Shown here: in pieces, positions 28,092-36,820 of the stretch
Layout: each line of letters begins with the position of its first letter
How positions within the stretch are numbered: position 1 is the stretch's first letter
NCBI GenBank assembly: GCA_045862955.1
Contig: BTVI01000001.1
Coordinates: 64,001 to 128,000, forward strand
Length of the DNA: 64,000 nt
Direction of reading: 5' to 3'
Origin: Fimbriimonadales bacterium
GTDB taxonomy: Bacteria; Armatimonadota; Fimbriimonadia; Fimbriimonadales; JABRVX01
Position numbers and translations under genes: made by a program
Notes under the pieces: generated by a model
What the model was told of the DNA's origin: nothing
Database searches by the model: none
The model's input: only the letters and a program-made list of their open reading frames with translations

Positions 28092-29684
28092 ATGCCCACT
28101 GAGCCGAGCGACACCGAGCAGTTCGACTTCCTGGTAGTAGGCAGCGGAATCGCTGGTCTGACCTTTGCGCTGAAAGCAATCGGCCACGGGTCGGTGTGCG
28201 TAGTCACCAAACAGGACCTACCGGAGTCCAACACCGCATACGCCCAAGGAGGGATCGCTGCGTCGGTCGGGGAGATGGACTCGTGGTCGCTGCATGAACA
28301 GGACACGCTGACCGCTGGCGCAGGGCTGTGCGACCCCGACGCCGTCCGGCTCGTGGTACGAGAGGCGCCGCGGCTCGTCCACTGGCTGATAGATATCGGG
28401 GCGCAGTTCGACCGAACGCCGGGGCCCGACGGCCTTCCGCAGCTTGCTCTGGGACGCGAGGGGGGACATAGTCGCAATCGGATACTGCATTCGGCTGATC
28501 GCACCGGTTGGGAGATCATGCGGGCCTTGGCCGAAGCGACCCGCTCGCAACCGGACATTCTGGTGCGCGAGTACTGCTCCGCAGTTAGGCTATCGGTGAG
28601 AGACGGTGAGTGCCTGGGTGCATGGGTCTGGGATGCTCGCGCGCAACGGCTAGTGGCCATCCGTGCCCGCGCTGTGGTGCTGGCTACCGGTGGCTGCGGG
28701 CAGGTGTACCGTTACACGACCAACCCGCCTATCGCTACAGGGGACGGGATCGCGATCGCTCGCCGGGCCGGAGCGGTGCTTGCCAACATGGAGTTCATGC
28801 AGTTTCACCCTACCTCGCTCTACCATCCGCATGCCCGAGCCTTCCTCATCTCCGAGCGGGTGCGTGGGGAGGGCGCGCGGCTGATCAACGCAGAGGGCAA
28901 ACGGTTCATGGAAGGGCTGCACCCGATGGCAGAGCTGGCTCCACGCGACATCGTGGCGAGGGCGATAGACACCGAGATGAAGCGCACCGGAGCGGAGTGC
29001 GTGTATCTGGACATGTCCCACCTGCCTGCGGAGCGGATCCGTGACCTGTTCCCGATGATCTACGAGCGGTGTCTGTCGGTGGGTTTGGACATCTCGCGTG
29101 AGCCGATCCCCGTGACTCCTGCCGCGCACTACTCGTGCGGAGGGGTGTGGACGGACCTATGGGGGCGGACCAGCATCTCTCGGCTCTATGCGTGTGGCGA
29201 GGTCGCCTGCAACGGCCTGCATGGCGCAAATCGCCTTGCCAGCAACTCGTTGCTGGAGGCGCTGGTATTCGGTGAGCGCGCTGCAATCCAAGCCGCCGAG
29301 CTGCCTCCCGTTCAGGGGAACTTGCCCGATGAGGCGGGCGAACCGCTGCCCTCCGTCGGGCCGGACCCCGGTGCGGTTCGGACAGGAGTGCAGAACGTGA
29401 TGTGGCAGGACGTGGGCATCGTTCGGACCGATGTGGGGTTGCAGAGAGCACTGCTATCGCTTCAAGCGCTAGCGGGCAGTGTGGGCAGACCTGCCACCAC
29501 TGGCACGGTTGCCGAACAGATGGAAGCGGCCAACCTACTCACCTGCGGAGAGGCCATTGTGCAGTGCGCGTTAATGCGAAGAGAAAGCCGCGGCGGGCAC
29601 TTCAACGCGGACTGCCCGGATCGAGACGACCTTCGCTGGTCGCACCCGACGCTGCTGGGCCGATCCGAATCGCAACCGCAATAG
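28092..29684 (+). CDS. nadB: L-aspartate oxidase
   Basis: VVGSGIAGL, SNTAYAQGGIA, REGGHSRNRILH, QFHPT, HYSCGG, GLHGANRLASNSLLE and RRESRGGH. Confidence 0.95.
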   Translation: MPTEPSDTEQFDFLVVGSGIAGLTFALKAIGHGSVCVVTKQDLPESNTAYAQGGIAASVGEMDSWSLHEQDTLTAGAGLCDPDAVRLVVREAPRLVHWLIDIGAQFDRTPGPDGLPQLALGREGGHSRNRILHSADRTGWEIMRALAEATRSQPDILVREYCSAVRLSVRDGECLGAWVWDARAQRLVAIRARAVVLATGGCGQVYRYTTNPPIATGDGIAIARRAGAVLANMEFMQFHPTSLYHPHARAFLISERVRGEGARLINAEGKRFMEGLHPMAELAPRDIVARAIDTEMKRTGAECVYLDMSHLPAERIRDLFPMIYERCLSVGLDISREPIPVTPAAHYSCGGVWTDLWGRTSISRLYACGEVACNGLHGANRLASNSLLEALVFGERAAIQAAELPPVQGNLPDEAGEPLPSVGPDPGAVRTGVQNVMWQDVGIVRTDVGLQRALLSLQALAGSVGRPATTGTVAEQMEAANLLTCGEAIVQCALMRRESRGGHFNADCPDRDDLRWSHPTLLGRSESQPQ

Positions 29685-31305
29685 GCCGTTGCCGCTCCGG
29701 TACCGGAACCATCCACTTGCCCGCTGCGCCTCTCGCGACGCTGGTCTCGAGACCATCCACCTCTACCGTCCGGACGCGGGAGCCGTCTGGACCTCCGATA
29801 GCGAAGGCGGGCCCAGGCGCGAGCCTCAACCGGACCACCGACGCGTTGTCGGCATCGTACTCTGCCCGCAGTAACCGACCGAGGGGCGGATGTTCCAGGA
29901 CTAGTGGGGGCTCATCGCCCTTTGGAAATCGGGGAGCGGCCAATGCGAGTCGGGCCGCAAGGTAGCGAACCCGGTCGAAATCACGAGGCTGCCAACGCAC
30001 CAACAGCGCCCGCGCGGCGACATCGGAACACTGGGAGAGGAGCTTCGCGTGCGGCAGTCGGCCCTCCGGCATCGGCAGCAGAGTTGCCCAGTCCATGTGC
30101 AGAGCCACGATGGCGAGACACCGAGCGAGGGCATCCTGCCAAGCGGCATCGGGGCCGCACCAGTCGAGAGCTGCGAGCAGGAGCGCGGCAGCCTCCGTGT
30201 GCTCGGCTAGGTCTGCGCCTCGCGCACGGATGAGCGTAGGCACGCCTCGGCGGGTAATCGGCTCGGTCCAATCCTGCCACGACGCCTCCTTCGCCAGCTC
30301 CGTCGCAAGGGCGCGCAGACGGTTGCGGAGCAGCTGCTGATCGTCATCGGTCAGTAGGAACCGGAGGTCGTAGGCATGTAGGTAATCCGCGACAGAGCGC
30401 GCGGTGCGCATCGCCTCCGCCGCCTCGCTGCGGCGTGCCACATTGGAAGGCTCCACCAACGCCGACGGTGGCGCCAGCGAGTAGCTAGCCGACCCCGACG
30501 CCAGAACACGGAGCGTTCCCTCGGCGGTCTGAATATCGGCGAGTCGGGAAGCCGATGCGGGTGGCGCTTTGGCCACGACCGCGGGCGGTACGAGCCCCCA
30601 AGCCTCGGTGATCGCGAGGCGCCCAGTTTCCGGCTCCCATCGGAGCTTCGGCTCGCCGCTCGGCTGCGATTTGGCGAGTACATCGGCGATTGGTGCGACC
30701 CGCGCAGCGAGGGCCCCCAGATCGGCCGCACCACCGGATGCCACGTGCTCGATCCCCAACGGCGCGAGTAGGCGGACCCATCCGAGCCTCTCTGCCTCGA
30801 CGCGCAGCACCAGGTCACCCCCGGTACGGACAAGCAACACCTCGCGGGGTGGGCTGGAAAAACAGATGGCTAGGCACGGTGCATCCGGACTGCCCGACAG
30901 CAGCAGCCACGGCTGGTCGGTCGGCGCGGGCACACCTTCGCCAACGCTGCCACCGGGCCAGGTGAGGAAAGCCTTGTCCCACCCGTTTATTCGCAGGTTC
31001 ATGGTCGTTGCGAAAGCGAGGTCGAGAGCCGGCAGGGCCACATGCAGCCGGAGCTTTTCGGGCCCGCCTGTAGCACCACCTCCCGCGATGACCTTTTGCA
31101 GGCAGCTTGTGCTAGAAAGCACCGCCCCGCGCACGGGAGCGGCGAAGCGGAAGTCCGGCCCAGCAGTCCGGAAGCGGAATCCATCCCGCTCTACGATGAA
31201 GCAAGGGAGTGTATACGGGAAGGTACCACTGAGCCTACCGACGGCTACGACCTCTGCATCGGCCCCAGCCCAGAGAAGCCCTAGGAGCGCGAGCACGAAG
31301 CTCAT
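29602..31305 (-). CDS. Hypothetical exported protein, last gene of the minus-strand operon
   Basis: 567-aa ORF with signal-like N-terminus, 11 bp after the upstream gene; 3' end overlaps nadB convergently. Confidence 0.65.
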   Translation of the reverse strand: MSFVLALLGLLWAGADAEVVAVGRLSGTFPYTLPCFIVERDGFRFRTAGPDFRFAAPVRGAVLSSTSCLQKVIAGGGATGGPEKLRLHVALPALDLAFATTMNLRINGWDKAFLTWPGGSVGEGVPAPTDQPWLLLSGSPDAPCLAICFSSPPREVLLVRTGGDLVLRVEAERLGWVRLLAPLGIEHVASGGAADLGALAARVAPIADVLAKSQPSGEPKLRWEPETGRLAITEAWGLVPPAVVAKAPPASASRLADIQTAEGTLRVLASGSASYSLAPPSALVEPSNVARRSEAAEAMRTARSVADYLHAYDLRFLLTDDDQQLLRNRLRALATELAKEASWQDWTEPITRRGVPTLIRARGADLAEHTEAAALLLAALDWCGPDAAWQDALARCLAIVALHMDWATLLPMPEGRLPHAKLLSQCSDVAARALLVRWQPRDFDRVRYLAARLALAAPRFPKGDEPPLVLEHPPLGRLLRAEYDADNASVVRLRLAPGPAFAIGGPDGSRVRTVEVDGLETSVARGAAGKWMVPVPERQRPIAVAIRIGPAASGATSEGRLDPGSPR

Positions 31306-31316
31306 CGTTGCACGGC

Positions 31317-33254
31317 CTAGAACGGTGCAGCCAGCATCTCGATGCCGAAGCGCCGATCAATGCTGGACCAGCGTAGGGCAATCTCGCGGTAGCCGAGGCG
31401 GTAGCCGAGCAGGAACGAGTGATCACGGAACGTGGACCCCGGGCCGTCATCCCAGGTATAGCCGAATCCCACGCGCCACAGCTTCGAGAGGCCGATGGAC
31501 GCATCACCGAATAGGGTGGTCGCATCTTTGTCCAGGCTGCGGATTGCGTACACGCTGGCGGAGAGCGAGCCCGCGTTGGCCACCAACTGGGTGCTGAGCC
31601 GGTGCATCCCGAAACTGGAGACGCCGAACTGGTTGCGGTTGTACTCGTAGTTCAGGGAGAGCGAGGCGGTGGGACCGAGCATGTAGGAGGAGCTGACCGT
31701 GGCGAGGACAGCCAACCCGTCCCCTGCCCCGCGCCCCCATAGCTGGGTGAGCACCAAGCCGGTGCTCAGCGAGCCGCCTGCCACCTGCATGGGCACCGTT
31801 CTGGCCCGGTAGCGCAGGCCGTAGCCGCGGCGAGTCGTCATCCCCTGACCTGCATCGTATTGCTGATAGGTCGCGGTAAGACCCACACTGTGATAGGCGG
31901 TCTTTCCGAAGAACGGGATGGGGGTCGTCTCTAGCGAAAGGTCCGCCCGCCGGTCGGAGGTCTGGGTCCCGCGCAGGGCCGTCCGACCCGAGGCGGACAA
32001 CGACGCAGAGAAACCGTCGAACAGTTGGGAGAGCTGTGCGAAGCCTGCGAGGCTCTCGTGGCGGGGAGAGTCGAGCAGGAAGAAGCCGTCCAGCCGGTCG
32101 CCGAATCGTTGGTTGTGCCTAAGCGTAACGCCCCAGCGATCAGGCGACAAGTCGCTCAACGTGAAGTCACCCGAGTAGGCCCAACCGTCTGAATACCGGC
32201 TCACCCAATCTAGCGTAGTTCCTCGAGAGCTGGTATACGCCCGCCCTGCGGCGTGCTGCGAGCGCAAGCGCAGCGAGTTGGACTGCCGCGGCCCGAGGCT
32301 CAGGTAGTAGGGCAGGTCCAAGACCAGGCCGTTCTGGTTCACGCCGAACATCTGCTCCGACACCAGCGCTCCGGGGCGCGTAAGATCGAGGGCGTAGTGC
32401 GGCATCGTGAGCACTCGATTGCTCCCGACATAGACGCGGGCGCCGTTGAAAAGCGCTTCCCTGCCCGGATTGACCACCACTCGACGAGCGACAATCACGG
32501 GTTGCGGTCCGAACAACTCGGTAAAGCGAAAGTCGTCGTAGCCGGCAGGGCGGCCCGCTTCACTCGCATCGGTCCCCTGCAACTGCACGAAGACCGCCCG
32601 GCCTTCCTTTTCGACTACGGCGACACCCGTGCGAGAGCGCAGGTTGTACGCGAGCTGCAGTGCCTCCAGCTGGGACGAGCCGACCCGAAGAATGGCGTTG
32701 TATGCGATCACGGAAAGGGGATCGAGGTCCAACTGGAGGTCGTCTGCTTCGATACGGATGGACTGGTACTCCACGTGCGCTCCACGGTCCGGCCCGGTAG
32801 CGGCAATCATGCGAAGCTCGACGTGATAGGCGAGATAGGAGGAGCCAGTCACATCCAGGAACGAAGCGACCTTGCGCAGCTGTGCTGCGTCCGCTACGAA
32901 CTCCACTTCGATGTCCGCAACGGCGCGGTAGCCGGTGACAGAAGCAGTGATCTTCGACCGACCGGGCACGCTGGATGCGACGAGAATACCACGAGCAACA
33001 CCGCCCGAGGTGGCCACAGCGGGCTCCCGGAACTGTCCAAGCGACGCGGTGAAGGAAACGAGCGTACCATCGGGCACGTATCGCCCGGCCATATCGCGAA
33101 CCGTCGCGCTTACGGTTAGGGTGCTCCGCGCGTCCGCAGGAGCGGCTTCGGGGTAGACCGATAGCTCTACGGCTGCCAGGTCCTGCGCGGCCAATGGCCA
33201 CAGACAGCAGAGGAGAACGAATGCGACCAGCGTCCGAAGGGCCTTATGGGCCAT
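31317..33254 (-). CDS. Ig-like (Big_1/invasin) domain + LptD/OstA-like region + predicted outer-membrane beta-barrel
   Basis: Signal peptide; APADARSTLTVSATVRD…VPDGTLVSFTASLG (Big_1); IEADDLQLDL (OstA-like); amphipathic strands; C-terminal Phe. Confidence 0.65.
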   Translation of the reverse strand: MAHKALRTLVAFVLLCCLWPLAAQDLAAVELSVYPEAAPADARSTLTVSATVRDMAGRYVPDGTLVSFTASLGQFREPAVATSGGVARGILVASSVPGRSKITASVTGYRAVADIEVEFVADAAQLRKVASFLDVTGSSYLAYHVELRMIAATGPDRGAHVEYQSIRIEADDLQLDLDPLSVIAYNAILRVGSSQLEALQLAYNLRSRTGVAVVEKEGRAVFVQLQGTDASEAGRPAGYDDFRFTELFGPQPVIVARRVVVNPGREALFNGARVYVGSNRVLTMPHYALDLTRPGALVSEQMFGVNQNGLVLDLPYYLSLGPRQSNSLRLRSQHAAGRAYTSSRGTTLDWVSRYSDGWAYSGDFTLSDLSPDRWGVTLRHNQRFGDRLDGFFLLDSPRHESLAGFAQLSQLFDGFSASLSASGRTALRGTQTSDRRADLSLETTPIPFFGKTAYHSVGLTATYQQYDAGQGMTTRRGYGLRYRARTVPMQVAGGSLSTGLVLTQLWGRGAGDGLAVLATVSSSYMLGPTASLSLNYEYNRNQFGVSSFGMHRLSTQLVANAGSLSASVYAIRSLDKDATTLFGDASIGLSKLWRVGFGYTWDDGPGSTFRDHSFLLGYRLGYREIALRWSSIDRRFGIEMLAAPF

Positions 33255-33276
33255 CCCCTGCCCCTAGCACTTCGCC

Positions 33277-33990
33277 TCAGTCTCCGAAGAGCAGCAGCGC
33301 CAGCACCACACCCGCGGCGGTTAACAGAAAGGCGGTGCGTGTGAAGCCGCCGGATATCTGTTTCCTCCGCTCGGGTGAAGACGAATCGAGGACTGCCTTC
33401 CCTATTCCAAGCGGCTCCGAGATCTCGGCCATCATTTTCGTCGCGGCATCGTCGATCGCCGCAGTCATGACGCCGACTTCGTCACTCTGCGAGTCCCCGC
33501 TCGCCTTGCCGGTCACCGCGGCGCTGACGACGACGGTGTTTTCTTCGACGTTGTACACCTCGAGGCTGACGACGATACTGCCGCTCCGTGTTGCCTCATC
33601 GTAGTGGTAACTCTCAATGGAACCGGCGAGCGCAAAGGGCGTGCGGAGGATACGTCCTACCTCGACAGCGCGCCATGTGTCGCCCTCCGGGACGTTGAAG
33701 GGTGGTTCGGCCTTCGAGAGCGGCAACCGTCCGTCTTCCAGCGCAAGCTGAATCGGGGCGGAGCGGCGGCTATAGTAAAGCGGCCGATACTCGCGCGTCG
33801 CCTCCAGCTTGGCGAACAGGGAGGAACGAAGCAACTCCGCGGGGTGGAAGTCCTCGGGAGGCGCCAGGTCGTCCGGTACTCCGAACTCGAACACCGTAAT
33901 CGGGGTCTTCATATACCCCTTCTGGGCGAACACACCCGAGGCCGCCAGGATCAGCAGTAGGACTGCCGCCGGCCACATCCGATACCGCAT
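33277..33990 (-). CDS. CsgG/TolB-N-like exported protein with C-terminal hydrophobic anchor
   Basis: Signal peptide; ITVFEF…AVEVGRILRTPFALAGSIESY…VSLEVYNV; tail TAFLLTAAGVVLALLLFGD. Confidence 0.55.
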   Translation of the reverse strand: MRYRMWPAAVLLLILAASGVFAQKGYMKTPITVFEFGVPDDLAPPEDFHPAELLRSSLFAKLEATREYRPLYYSRRSAPIQLALEDGRLPLSKAEPPFNVPEGDTWRAVEVGRILRTPFALAGSIESYHYDEATRSGSIVVSLEVYNVEENTVVVSAAVTGKASGDSQSDEVGVMTAAIDDAATKMMAEISEPLGIGKAVLDSSSPERRKQISGGFTRTAFLLTAAGVVLALLLFGD

Positions 33991-34012
33991 GTCTTCTCGT
34001 CCTCCTTGAAGC

Positions 34013-36802
34013 CTAGCGCGTCAGCACGTGCGGTCGGACCACTCGTGCGACCTGTCCGTCCTCAGTGACTGCCGCGACCTCGATCACGTACGTACCCGGG
34101 GGCATCGAGACGCCGCTTGTGTCACGCGTGTCCCAGACGTGCTGCTGCACTCCGCGAGTTTCCGCCCTGCCTGCCGCAAGCGTCCTCACCACCTGGCCCG
34201 AAGCGCTGAGGATGCGCACGGTGGTATTAGCTTCTGCGCTAAGCGAGTACTGCACGTTGACACCGCCCACACCGCGGGTCTGCGTGACGTTTAGGCCGGT
34301 GATCATCACCTTAGAAGGCGCGGCCGGCGTCATCTCCAGCTTGAAGCGCCTCTGGCCCTCCGTCATCTGGAAGGTGTAAGCGGAGACGCTGCGCAGGTTG
34401 CGCACCACGCCCGTCTGCAGGTCGGTCAGACGGAACCCCACGTCCTTGGGCAACTGCGAGAGGTTGGGCCAGGTGAGCGTCACCTCACCGTCCCGATCGG
34501 AAGTCACCGTGAAGTACCAAGTGGCCTCGCGGTCCGAGGCTGGCCGAATGTCTTGCGCGTATGGGCCCGAGTCTGCCCCCCAATCGTTGTTTTCGATGGC
34601 CACCCTCAGCCTGCCGTCCGGTGCGGGCGGCGGCTTGGGCACATCATAGCGGTCGATCCCCACTGACGCACCTTCGGTTACACCGAAGAAGGTCTTGGTG
34701 TCGGCGGAACCGTTCGAGCGCGCGGCAACCTGCAGGCGGAAGTGGCCGGGGCGCGGTGTCCACGGATCGGGTCCAGCCGCCCGCGGCGAGCCACCGACGC
34801 CTACGGTGAAGACCGGCGGCCAGATGACATCTACGGGCCGAGTTGCCGTGATCCGCACCCAGTAGCCGCGTGCAGGCTCGATCGGTGTGGTGAGGTCTTC
34901 GGTGAAGGTGTACTCACCGAGTGCCTTGTCCCACCGATACAGCACGCCGCGAATCCAGCCGAGGCCGATGGCCTGCTCCAGGGAACGTGCCTGGCTAGGA
35001 TCGTCCGCACCAACGAATACGAGCTGCCCGAATGGAATGGGATACAGCCAGGGATTGCCAATCATCCGCCAGCCGGGCTGCAGATTGATCTTGAAGTCAC
35101 TGGTAACCTGCCCCGGCGGTGCGCTGGCTCCCTCCAGTGCGAAGACCGTGTCCTCGCCTGCGTCCAACCAGATCCCTTCGCCCCGAACAGCGTTCGTGAC
35201 AGGGATGTAGCGGCCGGTGGTCGGGTCAACACCGATCGTCCGCAACCCCGGAGTGCCGAAGATGGCCTCGAAGCGGGTGTCACTGAATACGAACGGCAGC
35301 GTGACCATGTCGTATCCGTCGGTGACCTTCATCTTGTTCACCGCAGGGATGTAGATGCGGTTCGTGACACTCTTGGCATTCGCAGGGGGCGGGCTGACGA
35401 TGACGCGGTACTCGACGATACCGTTCACTGTGCCGTCGGCGACCACGTTCCACTTGACCGTAGTCGAGCGCCCAGCGGCGATGCGAGGGATGATCTTTTG
35501 CAAAGTCTCGCCGGGAGCTACCGAGAGGCCGGGGGGCAGGGAGAGCAACACGCTGACGTTCGTGAGGTCCACCTCGCGGTCAACGACCGAGTACCCGTTC
35601 GCCACGAGGGCAGAGATCGTGAAGGGGCTCGGAGCCAGGCTGTTCGGGCTGCTGGGATCGAACTGCAAGGCTCGGGGGGCTTCGGTCGTAACGGCCACTG
35701 GCACCTCGATGTTACTAGCCGCATTCGCCGAGCTCATGTACTGCACGATACGTCTCCCGGGCCGCACCCCGAGGTCGCCGGGCACGTTGACGGGAACGTT
35801 GATGGGATTGTGGAACACCGCATAGGACGGGTCGATGATCGGGAGGTCCGGTACCGTGAAGCCGTTCCATTGGACTCCCTGCAATAGGCGCCCCACGGAC
35901 ATGAACTCGATTCGATCGGCTGTGGTCAGGTCCGGGTGACCGGAGTCGGGTTTGAGCCAGTGCCGGAAGCTAGGATAGGGGTCGCTCTGTCCCCAATACA
36001 CGTCGAAGTATGGGGGGAACTGCGCAGTGCCGACCGAAGTTCGGTCTGCGATGTAGTCGGTGCTTCTCGGTCGCAGTCCGGGAATCAGCACGTACAGATT
36101 GTCGAGGAACCCGCGTCGGTCGCCATTTACGAACTGCCCGGGCGCGCGCTTTCGCATTGCGGTCCAGTGGCCGAAGCGCATCCCGATCTGAACGGGGTTT
36201 TCCGTGAAGTTATAGAAGTCCCACTGGAAGCGCCACGTGTCGCCTAACACGTCGATGCGCAGGTCCACCCAGACGTTGGGACCTCCGAAGTCCCACAGCC
36301 CCCGAATGTATGCGCCGCTGGCACCGATGTACGGCGCCAGACGCCAAGAGGTTCCCTCGCCGAACACCTTGTCGGTGGTAGTTTCCCCCTCGATCACGCG
36401 GATCGTCGCATAGCACCAATCGCCACCGGCGAAGGGGTAGCCGAAGGTAACAGCACAGTCGTCATCGGCTGTCGTCTGCTCGGACCCGGTGCCATACCCG
36501 AACGCGAACCTACCGCTGCCATCGGCGGAGATCGTCGGGTCGAAGCAGCCTTCCTCGGAAAAGTTGTAATTCTGCTCCGGGTCCCCCGTGGTGTCGTCGG
36601 CATCGTTGCCCCACGTCACCTGTCCGACGCTATTAGTAAAGATGTTGATGACCCCGTTCGTGAGCCCCAACAGGTTCTCCAAGTAATTTCCGGCGAACGG
36701 TGCGTCACCAAGACAGCCACGCCACGTCTGCGCAAGGGCAAACGTCGGCACGAGCATCATAGCGGCGATTAGGACCTGCGCGACCTTACGTTGGACAGCC
36801 AT
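34013..36802 (-). CDS. Secreted protein with NEW3/Ig-like domain and shared C-terminal module ending in FlgD-Ig
   Basis: Signal peptide; LSLPPGL…VKWNV; LQPGWRMIGNPW; WDTRDTSGVSMPPGTYVIEV…HVLTR. Confidence 0.8.
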   Translation of the reverse strand: MAVQRKVAQVLIAAMMLVPTFALAQTWRGCLGDAPFAGNYLENLLGLTNGVINIFTNSVGQVTWGNDADDTTGDPEQNYNFSEEGCFDPTISADGSGRFAFGYGTGSEQTTADDDCAVTFGYPFAGGDWCYATIRVIEGETTTDKVFGEGTSWRLAPYIGASGAYIRGLWDFGGPNVWVDLRIDVLGDTWRFQWDFYNFTENPVQIGMRFGHWTAMRKRAPGQFVNGDRRGFLDNLYVLIPGLRPRSTDYIADRTSVGTAQFPPYFDVYWGQSDPYPSFRHWLKPDSGHPDLTTADRIEFMSVGRLLQGVQWNGFTVPDLPIIDPSYAVFHNPINVPVNVPGDLGVRPGRRIVQYMSSANAASNIEVPVAVTTEAPRALQFDPSSPNSLAPSPFTISALVANGYSVVDREVDLTNVSVLLSLPPGLSVAPGETLQKIIPRIAAGRSTTVKWNVVADGTVNGIVEYRVIVSPPPANAKSVTNRIYIPAVNKMKVTDGYDMVTLPFVFSDTRFEAIFGTPGLRTIGVDPTTGRYIPVTNAVRGEGIWLDAGEDTVFALEGASAPPGQVTSDFKINLQPGWRMIGNPWLYPIPFGQLVFVGADDPSQARSLEQAIGLGWIRGVLYRWDKALGEYTFTEDLTTPIEPARGYWVRITATRPVDVIWPPVFTVGVGGSPRAAGPDPWTPRPGHFRLQVAARSNGSADTKTFFGVTEGASVGIDRYDVPKPPPAPDGRLRVAIENNDWGADSGPYAQDIRPASDREATWYFTVTSDRDGEVTLTWPNLSQLPKDVGFRLTDLQTGVVRNLRSVSAYTFQMTEGQRRFKLEMTPAAPSKVMITGLNVTQTRGVGGVNVQYSLSAEANTTVRILSASGQVVRTLAAGRAETRGVQQHVWDTRDTSGVSMPPGTYVIEVAAVTEDGQVARVVRPHVLTR

Positions 36803-36820
36803 ACTCGTCGTAACTCCTTC

